Positions 13,838-27,929 of a stretch of DNA of 64,000 bases are shown here, piece after piece. The stretch comes from Vicugna vicugna (taxonomy: Eukaryota). The notes beneath the pieces were generated by a model, which had not been told where the DNA came from, did no database searches, and was given only the letters and a program-made list of their open reading frames with translations. The DNA lies in the NCBI GenBank assembly GCA_013265495.1, contig MU057615.1, positions 186,001 through 250,000 of the forward strand. Reading direction: 5' to 3'. The position numbers and the translations under genes were made by a program. How positions within the stretch are numbered: the stretch's first letter is position 1; each line of letters opens with the position of its first letter.

Positions 13838-14160
13838 CATTCATTCATGCGCATACTTGTCAAGCCTCTACTGCACGTCAGATTCTATTTTGACTACTTG
13901 GAGTAAGGACATCAGTGATTTAAACAGACAAGAATCCCTGTCTCTGTGGAGCTATCTTCTCAATGGAAAACATAGACAGTAAGTGTTAATAATAAATAAG
14001 TGTGTGTGTGTGTGTGTGTGTGAAGTGCTATGAAAATAAAGGCAAATGAGCAGAATTGGGGTGCGAAGGTAATTCAAGATTGAGTCTCAGGGTTGGCCTC
14101 CTTCGATGGAGCTAGCTACGCGGATGTCCCAAAGAAGAGCATCCCAGTGAGAAAGAAGAG
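13838..14160 (-). mobile_element. L2 3' fragment containing a (TG)n microsatellite near 14000-14022
   Basis: cattcattca...aaacagacaagaatccctgtctctgtggagct, an L2 3' signature. Confidence 0.7.
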
Positions 14161-14304
14161 GACCGTCCTGACATTATCACGTGCCCAGATAACGGCAGAT
14201 GAGGACCAGAGCCCAGTGCCCTGTCCTCTGCACCCCATTGTCTTCTGTATACCTCAGTCTTAAGCAATTTTGCACAACATAATTTTCTGTTCAGTCATTC
14301 TGAT

Positions 14305-14890
14305 GAAGGGGTTCTCGAGGGGTTGTCCCTGGACCAGCAGCATCAGCACTGTGAGCGAAGAACACCGCCAGCCATGTCAGTGAACAGAGGATGCTGCGGC
14401 CATCGAGCCATCAGCCGCTGCCTCCACCCCTGACAGGTGAGCGGAGGGAGCTCAGGATGCAGACAAGCAGGCAGCCCGGCAGCCGCTCCTAAAGGTGCCC
14501 CCTGAAGGGACTCAGGGTGTGGGAGAACCGGGCCCTGGCCCTAGACAGCCAGGTGCGTCTCAAAGGAATGACTTCAGTGAGCCCAGACTTTTGCACCTTC
14601 CAATATACAGAAAAGTGCTCAATTCCTTAACTTGAGGTGTCTGGTTTTCTTTAATTAACAGTAATGTTTTGATGTTCCGACTACCTGGCTTTTGTTGCAG
14701 TAACTCATGTATCTTGGCCACTTCAAAACGGTCCCTCAGAATAATCTGAGAGGCTGTTATCCTGAGCTGAAGACCTCAGAAATGTCCGCCGAGTAAAATG
14801 TAACTCTTAGCTTTTAGGTTGCGCATTTTATTTCAGCCAACAGCATCAACTGAGAGATTGTTAGAAAAGCGAATTCTCAGGCCCAGTCAG
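14305..14890. mobile_element. MER5A-like hAT MITE split by an LTR
   Basis: ttctcgaggggttgtccctggaccagcagcatcagca / gcatcaactgagagattgttagaaaagcgaattctcaggccc. Confidence 0.7.
14350..14842 (+). mobile_element. ERV1-type solo LTR
   Basis: TG...CA termini, 4-bp TSD gcac/gcat, polyA-signal-like agtaaa ~45 nt from the end; related copy inverted at ~38190-38684. Confidence 0.8.
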
Positions 14891-16204
14891 AGGCCTTGGT
14901 GACTCAGTGTCTGTGGACGTGGGGCTCTGCGCCTGCCAAGCCTCCCGAGTGGGTCTGACAGCCGCCTCTCTGAACACCCTGCACGCTCTCCTTCGGCGCC
15001 TTCCTTCACTTCTGACTCTGGGCTGTGTAGAGTCTTCCATAAATGAGTCCCAGTTTATCAGCCACTATCCTAGTCCCTCAATATCCTGACATTTTTATAA
15101 TAAGAAAATTATCCAATAGTGGTTTTTCCAGAAGGGAGAAGACACACTGTCAGTGTGGCCAGTGAGGACAGAGTAGATGCCCAAAGGAGAAGGCTCAGCC
15201 GGGTGCTGTCCCCAAAAAAAGGAGCATGGGTAGGGACAGCCAGGTTCTGGGACACGAGCTCACCCGCCCTGAGCAACTTCTGGGTGGAACAGTCCCATTC
15301 GTGGGGAAAGACAGGGGATTTCCTAGAAGCGGTCTGACAGTACGGTGACCTGGGATGGAGGGAGAGACCCGTCAAAGGTCAGTTTTCACCCACATGTGAG
15401 GTTGCATAGGTTTTAAATTAAATTTTATTATTTTTGTCTTCCTTTTCATTACTTAACATTAGAATTACGCTCCAGCATAAGGTGAGTGCTTATAAGGCTG
15501 CCTTCTGTCTTTCTGTTCCTCTCACTGTAACTGGTCTAAAACCTTATTAGTAGCCATTAGATTTCAACCATCTTGGACCTCAACTCTGTTTTCTGTAACC
15601 ACTTCCAAAATAAGGCTGGACCTCTGCTTCTGATGATGGTGGATATGGGGGCAGGGTCAGAACCACGAAACCCACTAAAACTTGCCATGAAAGCTGAACA
15701 AAATATAAAAATGCTGCTTGAAAGGATGAGAAACCTAGCACCATGGCTGGGAAAACTTTTAGAACAAAAATTCAAGTGATGGGATTGGCAGCGTCCAGCT
15801 GGGCGGCTCTCGCCGTGCTTCTTTAGGGGCATCTGCATCTTGGAGGAGACTCTTGACAAACTGAGACCCTGAGCAGAAATTCTAGTCAGACCTGCTGGGA
15901 TTTGGGCTCGAAAATTGGAGTCCAGGATCCTCTAAGAGAAGGGTGCAAATTTTGGGTTGCAGCTCACAGTGTCTACAGGCAAAGAGCAACATTGGAACAG
16001 AAATAGACTCACCCCAAATTCAGTTCCTAAAATGGGGAAAATGTCAGTGTTGGGAAGGAGCAAATGCAGCTGTCACTATTTGCAGATAATTAGGGATGCA
16101 GATTAGTCTTGTGGAATGAGGAACTCAGCGGACCTTCTACTGGCAAAAAAATAAATGTTTAACTGGAGAAAATTATAAACACACACACATGCACACACAC
16201 ATTT

Positions 16205-16960
16205 ATACACACCATATGCAAAAATAAACTCAAAATGGCTTGAAGACTTAAACAGAAGACAAGACACTATAAACCTCTTAGAAAAAAACATAAGCAAATC
16301 ATTTTCTGACATAAATCTTAGCAGTGTTCTCCTAGGGAAGTCTACCCAGACAATAGAAATAAAAGCAAAAATAAACAAGTGGGATCTAATTAAACCTAGA
16401 AGTTTTTGCACAGCAAAGGAAACCATAAATAAAACAGACAACCCATGTAATGGGGGAAAATATTTGCAAATGATGTTTGTTACTCAGTCATAAAAAGAAT
16501 GAAATAATGCCATTCCCAGCAACCTGGAGGACCTGGAGAACAGGATACTAAATGAAGTACGTCAGAGAAAGATAAATATCATATGATGTCACTTACATGT
16601 GGAATCTAAAAGACAGTACAAATGAACCATTTACAAAACAGAAAGAGACTCACAGACACAGAAAATAAACTTACGGTGACCAAAGGGGAAGTGGAGGGGT
16701 GAACTAGGAGCATGGGATTAACAGACACACACAACTACATAGAAAATAAATAATAAAGAAGGATTTACTCTATAGTACAGTGAACTATATTCAGTATCTT
16801 GTAATAACCTATAGTGGAAAAGAATAAAAAAGTATATACACATACATGTGTGTGTACATATACATACACATACACATATACATAATCTCCAAGTCATTTT
16901 GTTGTTAACCTGAAAAATAACATAATATGATAAGTCAACTATACTTCAATAAAAAAGAAG
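16205..16960 (+). mobile_element. Younger L1 ORF2 end plus 3' UTR with an internal deletion near 16475
   Basis: aaataaactcaaaatggcttgaagacttaaac...gcacagcaaaggaaacc...aatgaaataatgccatt...actatacttcaataaaaaa. Confidence 0.85.
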
Positions 16961-17058
16961 AAGCCAAAAAAATAGTCTCTCCAGCTCATCCTGGGTACAT
17001 GCAGCAAATGGAGAACCATGCCTTCAGGAGGTCCACTGACTCTGGGTAAGAGCAGCGG

Positions 17059-17634
17059 TATTACTAAAGCGAGCGCGGGTCCGCGCTCATGCATGGGGGA
17101 AGGCCCGTCTCCTGACGCAGGGTTGTGGTGAAGGAAAGTGCGGGCACCTTTATTGCAGGCACCAGACGAGGAGTCCAGGAAGCTAATGCTCAAAACTCCT
17201 GAGCTCCCAGGGGGCTTCAGGGGAAGCCCTTTTAACGGCCAGGTGAGGGAGGGGAGTCTCGGGGTGTGCGATCAGCCCGTGCGCAGTGTCCTGACTGGCT
17301 GACGGCGAGGCCACAGGGAGATGTCACGGGGGTTAACGTTATCAACCCCCAGGCTCCGGCCGGCCAGGGGGCCACATGCTCATGGTCATCACATGGTTAA
17401 CTTCTTCTGTTTGGTGGGAGACTTGGCGTCTGTAAGACAACTCAGGAATGTGCACTAGAATGTTCACGGTTATTTCTGCCCTTCAGGGAGACTGCCTTGT
17501 GGCTGATTTACTGTCTAAGTTGTTAGCAGTTCTTTGGCCCAGCTCCTACATTTGTTCCCATTCTTTCAATCATTAAAGACAATCAAAAAAAGACTCGGGG
17601 GAGGCCTGGGAGGCCTTGCATTGTCGTGCTTACA
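17059..17634 (-). mobile_element. ERV1-type solo LTR, CpG-retaining
   Basis: tattac...ttaca termini, reverse AATAAA (tttatt) near the left end; interrupts the old L1. Confidence 0.7.
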
Positions 17635-20600
17635 GCATATAGAAATGTAATTACTTAATAATAAGAGCACATAGGAGGTGAGTAGAAACAAAACTATACT
17701 GGAGGAGGGTTACTGACACCAGATGCTGTCTTGAATCCATCGGGAAAACATAAAAAGAATCAGAAATGATAAATAAGATGGTTAATATAGAAACACCAAA
17801 AATATACATATGTACTTGCTCTCATATCTTGTTTCAGCTTTCTTAAAATGTATAACATTCTATAAAATAATAATTAGAACAATGTGTTGACTTTTGAACA
17901 TAGAAATGCCATACATATAGCAATAATAGCACAAAAAATGGGAAGAAATGGGGCAGTGAAGGGATAGTTTCTATATTTTTCTGGAATAAGCATAAATCTG
18001 AAATATATTTTAATAAGTGAATATGACTATTTAAGCCCAAGAACAATAAAGGATGTAACTTTTAAAGTAACACTTCAAAATTATTATAGAAACTCAAATG
18101 TTGCGTTAGAAAATGTGCACTTAATATGAAAGTTTTGAAAAGGAGCAAAAGAATAAAAAGGCATGAATGACATAAAACCAAAAAGCAAATGGTATATGTA
18201 AGTCCAGCCATATGAATAACATAGTGTGAATGGATTTAAGCAATTCAATTAAAGCCAGACATTGTCAGGCTGGATAAAAAGAAAAATATATGCTGTCCAT
18301 ACAAGGCACTGTTTATTAGATTCAGGGATACAAATAGGTTGAAAGAAAAAGGTCGGAAAAAGATATTTTGCCAACAGCTGACATTAGGTTGCTGTAGTGA
18401 CTATATTAATATCAGTCAAAATTGGCTTTAAGAAAAACAAATGTTCCCAGAGATACATAGGAATACGACATAATGGTAAAAGAGTCAACCCATCAGGAAG
18501 GTATAAACATACATAAACTTAACAACAGAGCCACAAAATACATAAAGCAACGACTGAGGGAACGGAAGGGAGAAGTACACAGTTCAACAATAATGTTTGG
18601 GGACTTCAGTGCCCACTTTCAATAAAGGGTAGAGCAACTAGACAGAAACGAACAGGGAAACAGAAGACTGGAGCGACACTGGAAACCAGAACCTAACAGC
18701 CGTCTCTGGAACACTCAGCCCACCACAGCAAAGCGCACGCTCTTCTCATGTGCACGGGGGACATTCTCCAGGAAACACCACATTCGAAGTCATCAAACAA
18801 GAATCAGTACATTTAAAAGGATTGAAATTGTGCCATGTATAGTGTTCAACCACAGTGGAATTCAATTAGAAACCAAAATGGTTATACATTGAAAATCCAA
18901 TAGAATCCACCTTTGAAAAGTAATGTGTGAGTTTGCCATGGCTCTTGTCCATGAGGCCCATCTCACAAACTCAGCTCTTTTTATAAGCCAGCAAAAACTC
19001 AGTTCTAGCTTTGAATTATTTATATTAGAAAAGAAGAAACGTCTCACTCAGATCACTAACCTAAGCTTCCACTTTAAGAACAGGAAAGCAAACAGCAAAA
19101 CAAACCCAAATAAAATCAATGGAGGAAATAATAAAGGTAAGAGTAATCAATGAAAGTGAGAACGATAAATCAATAAAGTCAAAGCTCATTTTTCAAAAAT
19201 ATTAATAAAATTCATGAAACTTTAACAAGATTAACACAAAAATGAGAGAAGGAGCAAATTGCGATGTCAGGAAATGAAATGAGGACCATAATGATGCTCT
19301 GGATAGTAGGTGAGTATTAGAAACAGTTTTGATGTAATGAACCCATTCTAAAAACACAAACTATCAAAACTTACCCAAGATGAAACAGATTCCCAGAATG
19401 GTCTGATAACCATTAAAGCAATTGATTTCACAGTTTTTAAAAAATGCAAAAATAAAATAACATAATAAAGAAATCTCCGGGACCAAATAGTTTAACTAGT
19501 GAATTCTACCAGGCATTTATTTAAAGAAGCAGTTATACTCATTCTCTGCAACCTTTTCCAAAAACTTGAAGTAAAGGAAACACATGCTAACCTGCTTTAT
19601 GAGGCCAGCATTAATACAATAACAAAACCTGACAAAAAAAGAGAACCATACACTATCTTTCATGGATATGTATGCAAAAAATACTGAAATATTAACAAAT
19701 TGATTCCAGAAATATATAAAAAGAATAATATAAAACAAGTGGGATTTATGCTACACATGCAAGGCTGGTTTAACATTCTGCAATTAATCAATGTAATGAC
19801 CACATTAACAACCTAAAAAAAGCTACATAATCATAGCAATTTATGCAGAAAAATATTTGAGAAAATACAGCATCTATTTATGGTAAAAACTCAGCAAACT
19901 ACAGTAGAAGGGAACTTCCTTAACTCAAAAAATGCCATCTAGGAAAAATCTAGAGGTGGGATTATGCTTAATTGTGAAAGACTGAATGCTTTCTCCCTAA
20001 GCTTGGGAACAAGCTTTCAACACTCCAGTTAAACATCATAGCATGTAGTTTTAGTCAGTGCAAAAGGCAAGAAAAAAATTAGAAGCATACAAGCTGGAGT
20101 GGAAGAAATCAAATGGTCCATTAGCAGAATGCACGATTGTCTACATAAAAATTACAAGGAATCTACAAAATTGTCCTGTAGACTAAGAAGTGATGTTAGG
20201 AAATCAGAGGATACAAGACCAACACACCAACACACATGAGCCAAGTGCAGTTCTGCACAGTATAAACGCACAGGGGAAAACAGGGAAGTTCAAAAACGCC
20301 GTTGAAAAATAACTCCCGAAGTTGAAGTACTTGGATAAAAGTGTCACTGACATACAGTGTCAGTTTATAGAAAACTCAAAATCCTGATAAAAAGAAATCG
20401 AAGAGGATGTAAAGAAACAGAAAGTCACACTGTGTTTATGGAAGACTCAAATAGTAAACATTGATATATACACAAGTTGATTTTTAGATTTAATGCAAAT
20501 CAAATGCTAATCCCGGAAGTATTTCTGTAAATACAGACAAGTGATTCTACAATTTATTTGGAAAGGCAGAGGAAACAGACTATCCAAAACAATTCTGAAA

Positions 20601-21805
20601 AAGAAAGTTTTATTAGTCACGTTACCCAGTTTTAATGCTACAGTGCTAGAGTAATCAATGCAGTGTGGTAGCGGCAAAGGGCTGGAGAAAGGATTCAAAG
20701 AAAGAATCAAGAGGCCACACAAATATGGTCAAATGATTATTGTCACATGTGCAAAAGGGCTTTGGTGGAGAAAGGATAGTGGTGTTGGAACAACTACACA
20801 TTCATATGCAAAAAATGAATCTTGACATGAATGCCTTAAACATAAAGTAACTCAAAGTGGGTCATAGATCTTCATGTGAAAGAAAAATTGTAAAACTTTT
20901 AAAGAAAATCCAAGAGAAAATCAGCAAGGAGTAGGGTCTGAGGACGAGCTGTTAAATATGGCACCAAAAGTGTGATGCATAAAACAACAAGTGACAAAAC
21001 AAGCTAGAGACTGGGGGAGAGTATTTGCAGCTCACCCCACTGCCAAAGGACTTGGACTCACTGTATGTAAAGAATTCTTCAAACTCAAGAGGAAGAAAAA
21101 AAAATCTGACTTAAAAATTGGTCAAAGATGTTAATTGACACTTCACCAAAGAGGATATTAAGATGGCAAATATATGCAATAAAAGATATTCATTCTTAGA
21201 TACTGGGAAATTAAATTAGAACCATGATGAGATACCACTACAAATCTATTTAAACTATTTTAACTGTAGAACGTTTAAAATAAAAAATGCTGACAACAAC
21301 AAGGACTGTGGAGAATGTGGAGCAATTGGAACTTTTGTAAATTACTGGTGGAAATACAAAATTGCACAGTCATTCTGGGAAGCAGTTTGGCAAGTTGTTA
21401 ACACACTTAAATACGTTCATATCATATGACCCAGCAGTGCACTTCTGGGTATACGTGCTAGAGTGGTGAAATTTTATTTTCACATAAAACCCGGTATATT
21501 AATAGGTATAGAAGTTTTATTCATAATTGCTAAAAACTGGATACCACCCTAATGTCCTTCAGTTGGGGAATAAACTGTGGTACATTTCGACAATAAACGA
21601 ACCGTGGTATGTTTCGACAATGGAGTAATGTTTAGATAAAGGAAACTTTTGATACACTTAACAACTTGGTCAGAGACATTATGCTTAAGTGAAGAAAGCC
21701 AGACTCAAAAGCTTATTTAATACTGTGTGACTCCACTTATATGACATTTTCAAAAGAGCAAAATTACAGGGTTGGAGAACTGATCAGGAGTTGAGTGGGG
21801 AGAGG

Positions 21806-22063
21806 TGGTTACCAGGGGAAAAGTGGAGGGGAAGGGATAAATTGGGAGTTCAAGAATTGCTAATATTAACTACTGTATATAAAATAGATTAAAAAACAAT
21901 TCTTCTGTATAGCACAGGGAACTATATTTGATATCTCTCGTAATCTATAATGAAAAAATATAAAAAGGAATATGTGTATGTATATATATGACTGAAACAT
22001 TATGCTGTACACCAGACACTGACACATGGTAACTGACTGTACTTCAATTTAAGAAAAAAAAAA
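21806..22063 (+). mobile_element. Young L1 3' end nested in old L1 3' UTR
   Basis: Poly-A tail; 13-bp TSD gagtggggagagg at 21793-21805 and 22064-22076. Confidence 0.9.
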
Positions 22064-24099
22064 GAGTGGGGAGAGGGTGACTACAGGAGGATAGAAGAAG
22101 GAAGTTTGTGGGGGGGGCAATGGATCTGTTCTGTGTCCTATTGTTAGTTACAGAAATGAAACATGTGATTTGATGAGAATATTTAGTTACTTAGTTTACA
22201 ATTTGCTCATCACCCAAGACTAGAACACTAATAGGAATATCTCTGTATAACAGATTTTTCTAAATGTTTTCAAACACACCAATGTATTTTAGAACCAGCT
22301 CATCCTGCAGCAGTAGTTTCTTGTGCATGAAGAATAAGATAGTTCAGAAACTTCGGTGCCTCTTCTAGGTCTGTAATTCTGTATTCATAGATACATTTTA
22401 CCCCATTCAGAAGTGTTCTGGCTTCTCTTTTTGCTAAAGATAATGCATATTTAATCTGTGGGTTGCCTAGACACTGGAAAATAAGCGCTTGGCCAAACGT
22501 TGAAATGGTTTATTAATTTTTTCCGCTGATACGCTGATTTCTGTTATCAGTCACAGGTCTTGCATATGACTTCGCCCACTCTGTAGTTTGCTTTTCACCT
22601 TCTTAATTCTCTTTTTAATAAAAGACAGTCTTAATTTTAATAAAGCCCAGGTTCTCAGTCACCCTCATCAGAAGCATCCTTTCTCTTCCTCTCGTGGTGA
22701 CAGACAGAAGCAATATTACTTTTATGCATGGGAATCATTTGATCCCTTGAAACTTTGTGCTTTAAAATGATTTTGGTAATATTGACCATTTTTATAAAGC
22801 ACATTCATTAAACAAATGTTAACGCTTTTCAAGTAATTAAAATGGTCTTAGATCTTTCTGGTGATTTCCAGTGAAGTCTGTGTGTTGTTGGCTCTTTGGT
22901 TGTATTTCATTTACATTCTGAAGTTTCACAATATACACTCCTTTTGTAGTTCAGATGACTTCACTTGATTTCTTTGAAAACATCTAAATTCTAATTTTTG
23001 TAGCTGTAGTGTAGCACATTTTAAACATTACCCATGTGAGTCTTTTTGAAAATCTTTGTCTACTGCACCTTGACAACTTTGAATGATATTTTCCTTGTAA
23101 TGATAAATTATGTTTACTTACTGTGCTTTCGAATCCATTGCTGTTTCCAGCCCCTCAGATGTGAAAATGGTTCAGCTGTCTTCTAGTTGATAAGAGTACA
23201 TCTTATTGACACCATCTTTGGATAGAAAATCGAGGAAATCATGAAATCTGCCTCTTAAGGTTTTGGGGCAGGTTAAAGAAATAACATTTGTTAAATGATT
23301 GTAATGTTTGGCACGTTCTGAGTGCACAGGAAATTGAACTGCTCACTGATGCTTTAAAATGCCTGAAATTGTAATCCAATAGCTTATGTGATGTTTTTAA
23401 TTTATGTATATTTCTCACATGAGAGAAATTCCCCAAATGACAGGAAGTTCAGTTCATTTCAGGGGTGGAGTTTCCAGCATGATATCCAATTTCCATCAAG
23501 GCTGCAGCTGTCAAACCTAGGAGTGCTGTTTTATGAAGCAGTGTCCTTCTCCACTAGTTCATATGAGAAAATGCTGAATTCCAACATTCTATTTTTTTCT
23601 CATCCTGGTTTTCAAATTAAAAGCCGTACTTAAATATTTGTGAGGAATCTGGTATTTTTAACTAGAGTGAAGGTTAAACAACATCTCAGAAATTTCTTCT
23701 TGTGGGGTCACAAAGTACTGTCCACCTGGAAAAACATTCTCTCTTCTGTGAACACTAATCCCTGAGATGATGAAGTCTGTGCTCTGTTGGTATATTTACT
23801 TTAATCTTTCTAGGTCAGAGAGGGGCACGTTTCAGAGCCCCTCTCCACAATTATGGCTGTTTTCCAGGTCCTTCCTCAGTCAGGACTTGCTGGATGGCGC
23901 CAGCTTGCCTGAATTTCCCCCGCTTCCAACTCAGGACTGTGACCAGTTCCATGCTGGAATCGGCCGTCGGGCAAAGCATGGTGTGTAAGCCTAACTCCTT
24001 TTCTCATGGAAAGATGAAATATTTTTGAGCCATAAAAAAAAAAGAGAGAGAGAGAGAGATTGGGACATCTCATTAAATAACAGACAGAATATCTTTTTC

Positions 24100-24297
24100 T
24101 TGTCTTAGAGACTGTGGCAAGAAAGGAATTAAATGTTCTCACCACAGAATGAAATGGTAATTATGTGGTGGAATGGAGGTGTTAGCTGATGCTATGCTGG
24201 TGATGGCTTACAATACGTAACAATCAACACATTGTACACTTTAAACTTATGCAATGTTTTATGTCAGTTATAACTCAGTAAATCTCAGGGGAAAAAA
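24100..24297 (+). mobile_element. L1MA9/10-like 3' end
   Basis: ttaaatgttctcaccac...atcaacacattgtacactttaaactta...tcagtaaatct. Confidence 0.75.
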
Positions 24298-25309
24298 GGC
24301 TTCCTCATACCCTTTGCTCCAACAATGTAAATAAGCACTGTTAGCAATACATCCAACATCCACCATGTTAAAAAAAAAAAAGAAAACACTATGAAATATG
24401 GAATCCTGATTTTTAAGGTTGCTGATGAAAGAGCCCAAGCCAATTCTTCAAGGGTAGAAATCAAAAAACACAGAATAAAAATCTTGCTTACCTGGTGCAG
24501 CTTCCTTTGCAAAGTATTAATAAACCTTTTTATGTTCTAACATTCTTGGGATTCCCTTTTGGATGGTGGCAGGTACTTCTGAGCAATGCCTAGCAGGAAG
24601 GTAGTTTATTATTCTGAGAGAAAACTCAAAGCAAGGATCTCCTGGACACCTGTTTTTTTAAAAAACGTTTAGTTTTAACTGTAACCTAGTACAGGATTAG
24701 AATAGTTTTCTTCATGTACAGGAAAGCCACATTATGTCCCCCCATCTTCCACATTCACTTTAGAGGGCCTCTTGTAAAGCAGTTTCCCAAAGGGGACATT
24801 TACTTATTGATGCTCATCTTTGATGCTGAAGGTCCCCCAGGTGACAGATGTACTCTGCTGCAAAGGAGGGGGAGATGCTGTGAGACCCACCTCCTTGGGC
24901 AACTACCTGGAGCATCCATGTGGGCTTTTCTAAATCACTGATGAGGTCCCAGGAGCTCAAAACGCTTCTTCTTATTTGGGTCAGAGATTCTTGTTGGTCC
25001 TTTACAGTGATGATGCCTGGGGAATGCTGCAGACTGTCAGGTTCAATTGTGACTCAGTTCATTTCATGTTACTGTACCCGGAGGGATTTCTGATCTGTGC
25101 AGTGCAACCTCTTCATAATGTATTTAGTTTCGCGTGTCTGAAGACTGCTCACTGGATTGGGGGGGGCCCAGCATCAAAGGCACAGGTGCCACACCTCCAG
25201 CCTCCTGGCTGAGGGTCTGGGGGTCTGAGGCGAGCTCCTCATTTTTGCTGAACAAGCGCTGTTGGGAAATAAAGCACCTGCAACCAGCCTGGGCTGCAGC
25301 GAAGCCCAG

Positions 25310-25400
25310 TCACTGAGTAAGTGGATGACTCCCTGGCGCCTCAGTTTCTGTCTGTAAAATGGGGATGTTAATACTGTTGTGAACATTCAGCAAAGTGAAT
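25310..25400 (+). mobile_element. MIR fragment
   Basis: gcctcagtttctgtctgtaaaatggggatgttaata MIR core. Confidence 0.7.
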
Positions 25401-25510
25401 TTTTTAAATTTTTTTAAATTGAAATGTAGTCAGTTATAATGTGTCAATTTCTGGTGTTCAGCTCAATGTACCGGTCATGCATATACATACATCAATTCAT
25501 CTTCATATTC
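25401..25510 (-). mobile_element. Young L1 extreme 3' end
   Basis: ttttttaaattgaaatgtagtcagttataatgtgtcaatttctggtgt, same family as the 29.4 and 48.5 kb copies. Confidence 0.8.
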
Positions 25511-26552
25511 AGGTCCTAGCAATTCATAACCAGAGCCAGTATGTTAGTAGGGTGCAACCCATTCTCTTCTGACACAGGTAACTTGGTGATGACGTCTGTC
25601 ATCACTGCGGCAGGGACCTTGGAGGTCACCTTGTTTACCAGCAGGGACACTGGGCACTCGTGGGCCGAGGGGCTCACAACCCCACCCAGAACTCAGGCCT
25701 CTCTCCTCATCTCCTGTTTCTGGTTTTATACTACTCTCATGGGGCCTCACCGTCTATTTAAAAATTCAATATAGGGACCTAATTATTTCTGGAAGGTGTG
25801 GTCCCATGTCCATGCCTTGGCCTTGGTGTGCACGGTGCCACCCTCCAAGTTCCTTGCATATGTCAGGCCTGTCCTGACCTGAGTGGACGCTGACTTAACC
25901 TCCTGCGTTGGGAAGTTACCCCTGTCTAGACGAGACAGCACTTGGAGGAAACCCTTGCAGGGCAGTGTTCTTGACTACTCGGGGACTAAGTGGCGTCCCA
26001 CATGCTGACTAGAGAGACAAAGATGGGAATACCATTTAACTGCAGATATTTGACTTCCCAGAACTTCCTAAAACTGGTATTTCATTACAAATAATAACAC
26101 AAGAAAGGGTTTGATCTAGAAAAAAGATACACTAAGAAAGTGATGGACATTTTTTCTGGAAGAAATTCATGTACACTGTTAACAAAGTCATCTTATGTTT
26201 AAAAAGAACGTTATGTACAGAACCTTTTTAGAGAATGTGGTGAAACCAATAAATTGAAGGTGTGAATTTTTTCCAAACTTTAATACTTAAACAATAAAGA
26301 GTCTGGCCTTCCCAGACTCTTGTGAAGTTTGAAGCAGGTCCAAGGGGCTGTAAAGTTACCCCTGAAAGGTCCTGCCTCCAGTCCCACTGGCACTAATGGT
26401 GAAGGGCGAACACCACTGAGTAGGTGTGTGCAGCCACGTGGGGGCCTTAGAACCCGGCCATCTGCACCCACCCGGTACCCCTCACATGGCTCTGTGTGAA
26501 GGGTGTATCTCCTTACATCTGTATTTGTGTAATACAGACATATGCACGTATG

Positions 26553-26583
<31 letters not shown>

Positions 26584-27929
26584 ACTCATTCATGGAATAA
26601 GCTTTCAAGTCATTCTCTAAATTAGGACTATGTGAAATGACTAAATAATTCCTCAAGAGTAAATGGCCCGAATGTCTTGAGTACAGTTTTTCACAGTGCA
26701 ATTAAAATAATATATGAATAATTATTTCCCCAATTTTCTTTGGTATGAAGAGGAGTTAAAAGTTGCCCAAGCTGTCATCCCCCTGAGTGGTGAGGTGGGA
26801 TTGGAACCGGGCAGCCCGGCTCTAGGCTGCCTTTCCATCAGGACACGTGGGAATGGAAGCGGAGGGAGAGACAGTGCGGTGGGCTTTGCAGCTCTTACTC
26901 AGGCACAAACACAAGACGGGGCTATTAAGTCTCATGTGGACAACGAGACCTGGGCCGCGATCTCCCCTGGCTCCTGGTGTTCCCAATCATGGCGTTCCTT
27001 GGGCCAGACTTTTAGAAACCTTCAAATTGTCGGGGAGCAGCTTTGAAAGGCACCTCCTCCACTTTCGAATTGTGCTGTGTCTCCTGGCTCAGTGGGATCT
27101 CGGAGAACCTCCCAGAGCTCTCATCGGGAGGGCATTCAGTAGTCCTTCTGAACACTAGAGTCACAACACGATGATAGTTATTAACACACATTTCTTGTAT
27201 TACCTATGATGGGACAAAATAACATTTGTGAAGCATTTTTAAAGTTTGAGAGATAAGAGCTCCTCATGGGTACCTAATCATCAAAAAATGGTACATGGAA
27301 GCTATTTCTGCAGCATTCCCTCTTACTTAAGATGTGCAAGATGCCTCTGATGTCTCCTTCATGGGGTGTCTGTGATTTATTTCAGTAAAGATGTTTATGA
27401 TTTTCACTTGTGACAGGGATTCTCAGAGCCCTGTGTTCACCGTATCACTAGCTTCTTCAACTACGGTTTCTACTACAATCCCATTATCATCATTTTAATA
27501 TAATCTCTTCTTGAAAGAAAGTGAATCGCAATTTTTGGATAAGGGAAGCCTATATTCCATTTTCAAATGGGAGTAATAATGATGCATATCCAGTCCAGGC
27601 AGAAATTCCAAACAATTTCCCCAAATACCAACAAATGCTCGAATACCTGCATAACAGTCCAACAAGGACGTCTGAGTGCTGGGCTGGCTATGAATGTATG
27701 GTTTCCTTCCACACTGAAAAGAACACAGGCTGTCATGTAAATGAATAACGGCCTGATGTTTAAAACATGTGAAAGACAGTATTTAAGACTAGACCCAGTT
27801 TTAAGAAGAGAAATTCACAAACCGTGAGGGGCTGAGTCACCCAGGGAAGGGAGGAGAAGGTGACAGCCACGACACACAGATACAACATCTGACACGTGAA
27901 CCTGTGGGTCAGCTTGCCATGCGACAAAC

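Larger units (their letters stand above)
15600..22175 (+). mobile_element. Long old L1 (5' UTR remnant, decayed ORF2 ~18200-21400, 3' UTR), interrupted by three younger inserts
   Basis: ORF2-like peptides (ILCNLFQKLEVKETHANLLYEASINTITKPDK; LTQITNLSFHFK), A-rich strand, many stops and frameshifts. Confidence 0.85.
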
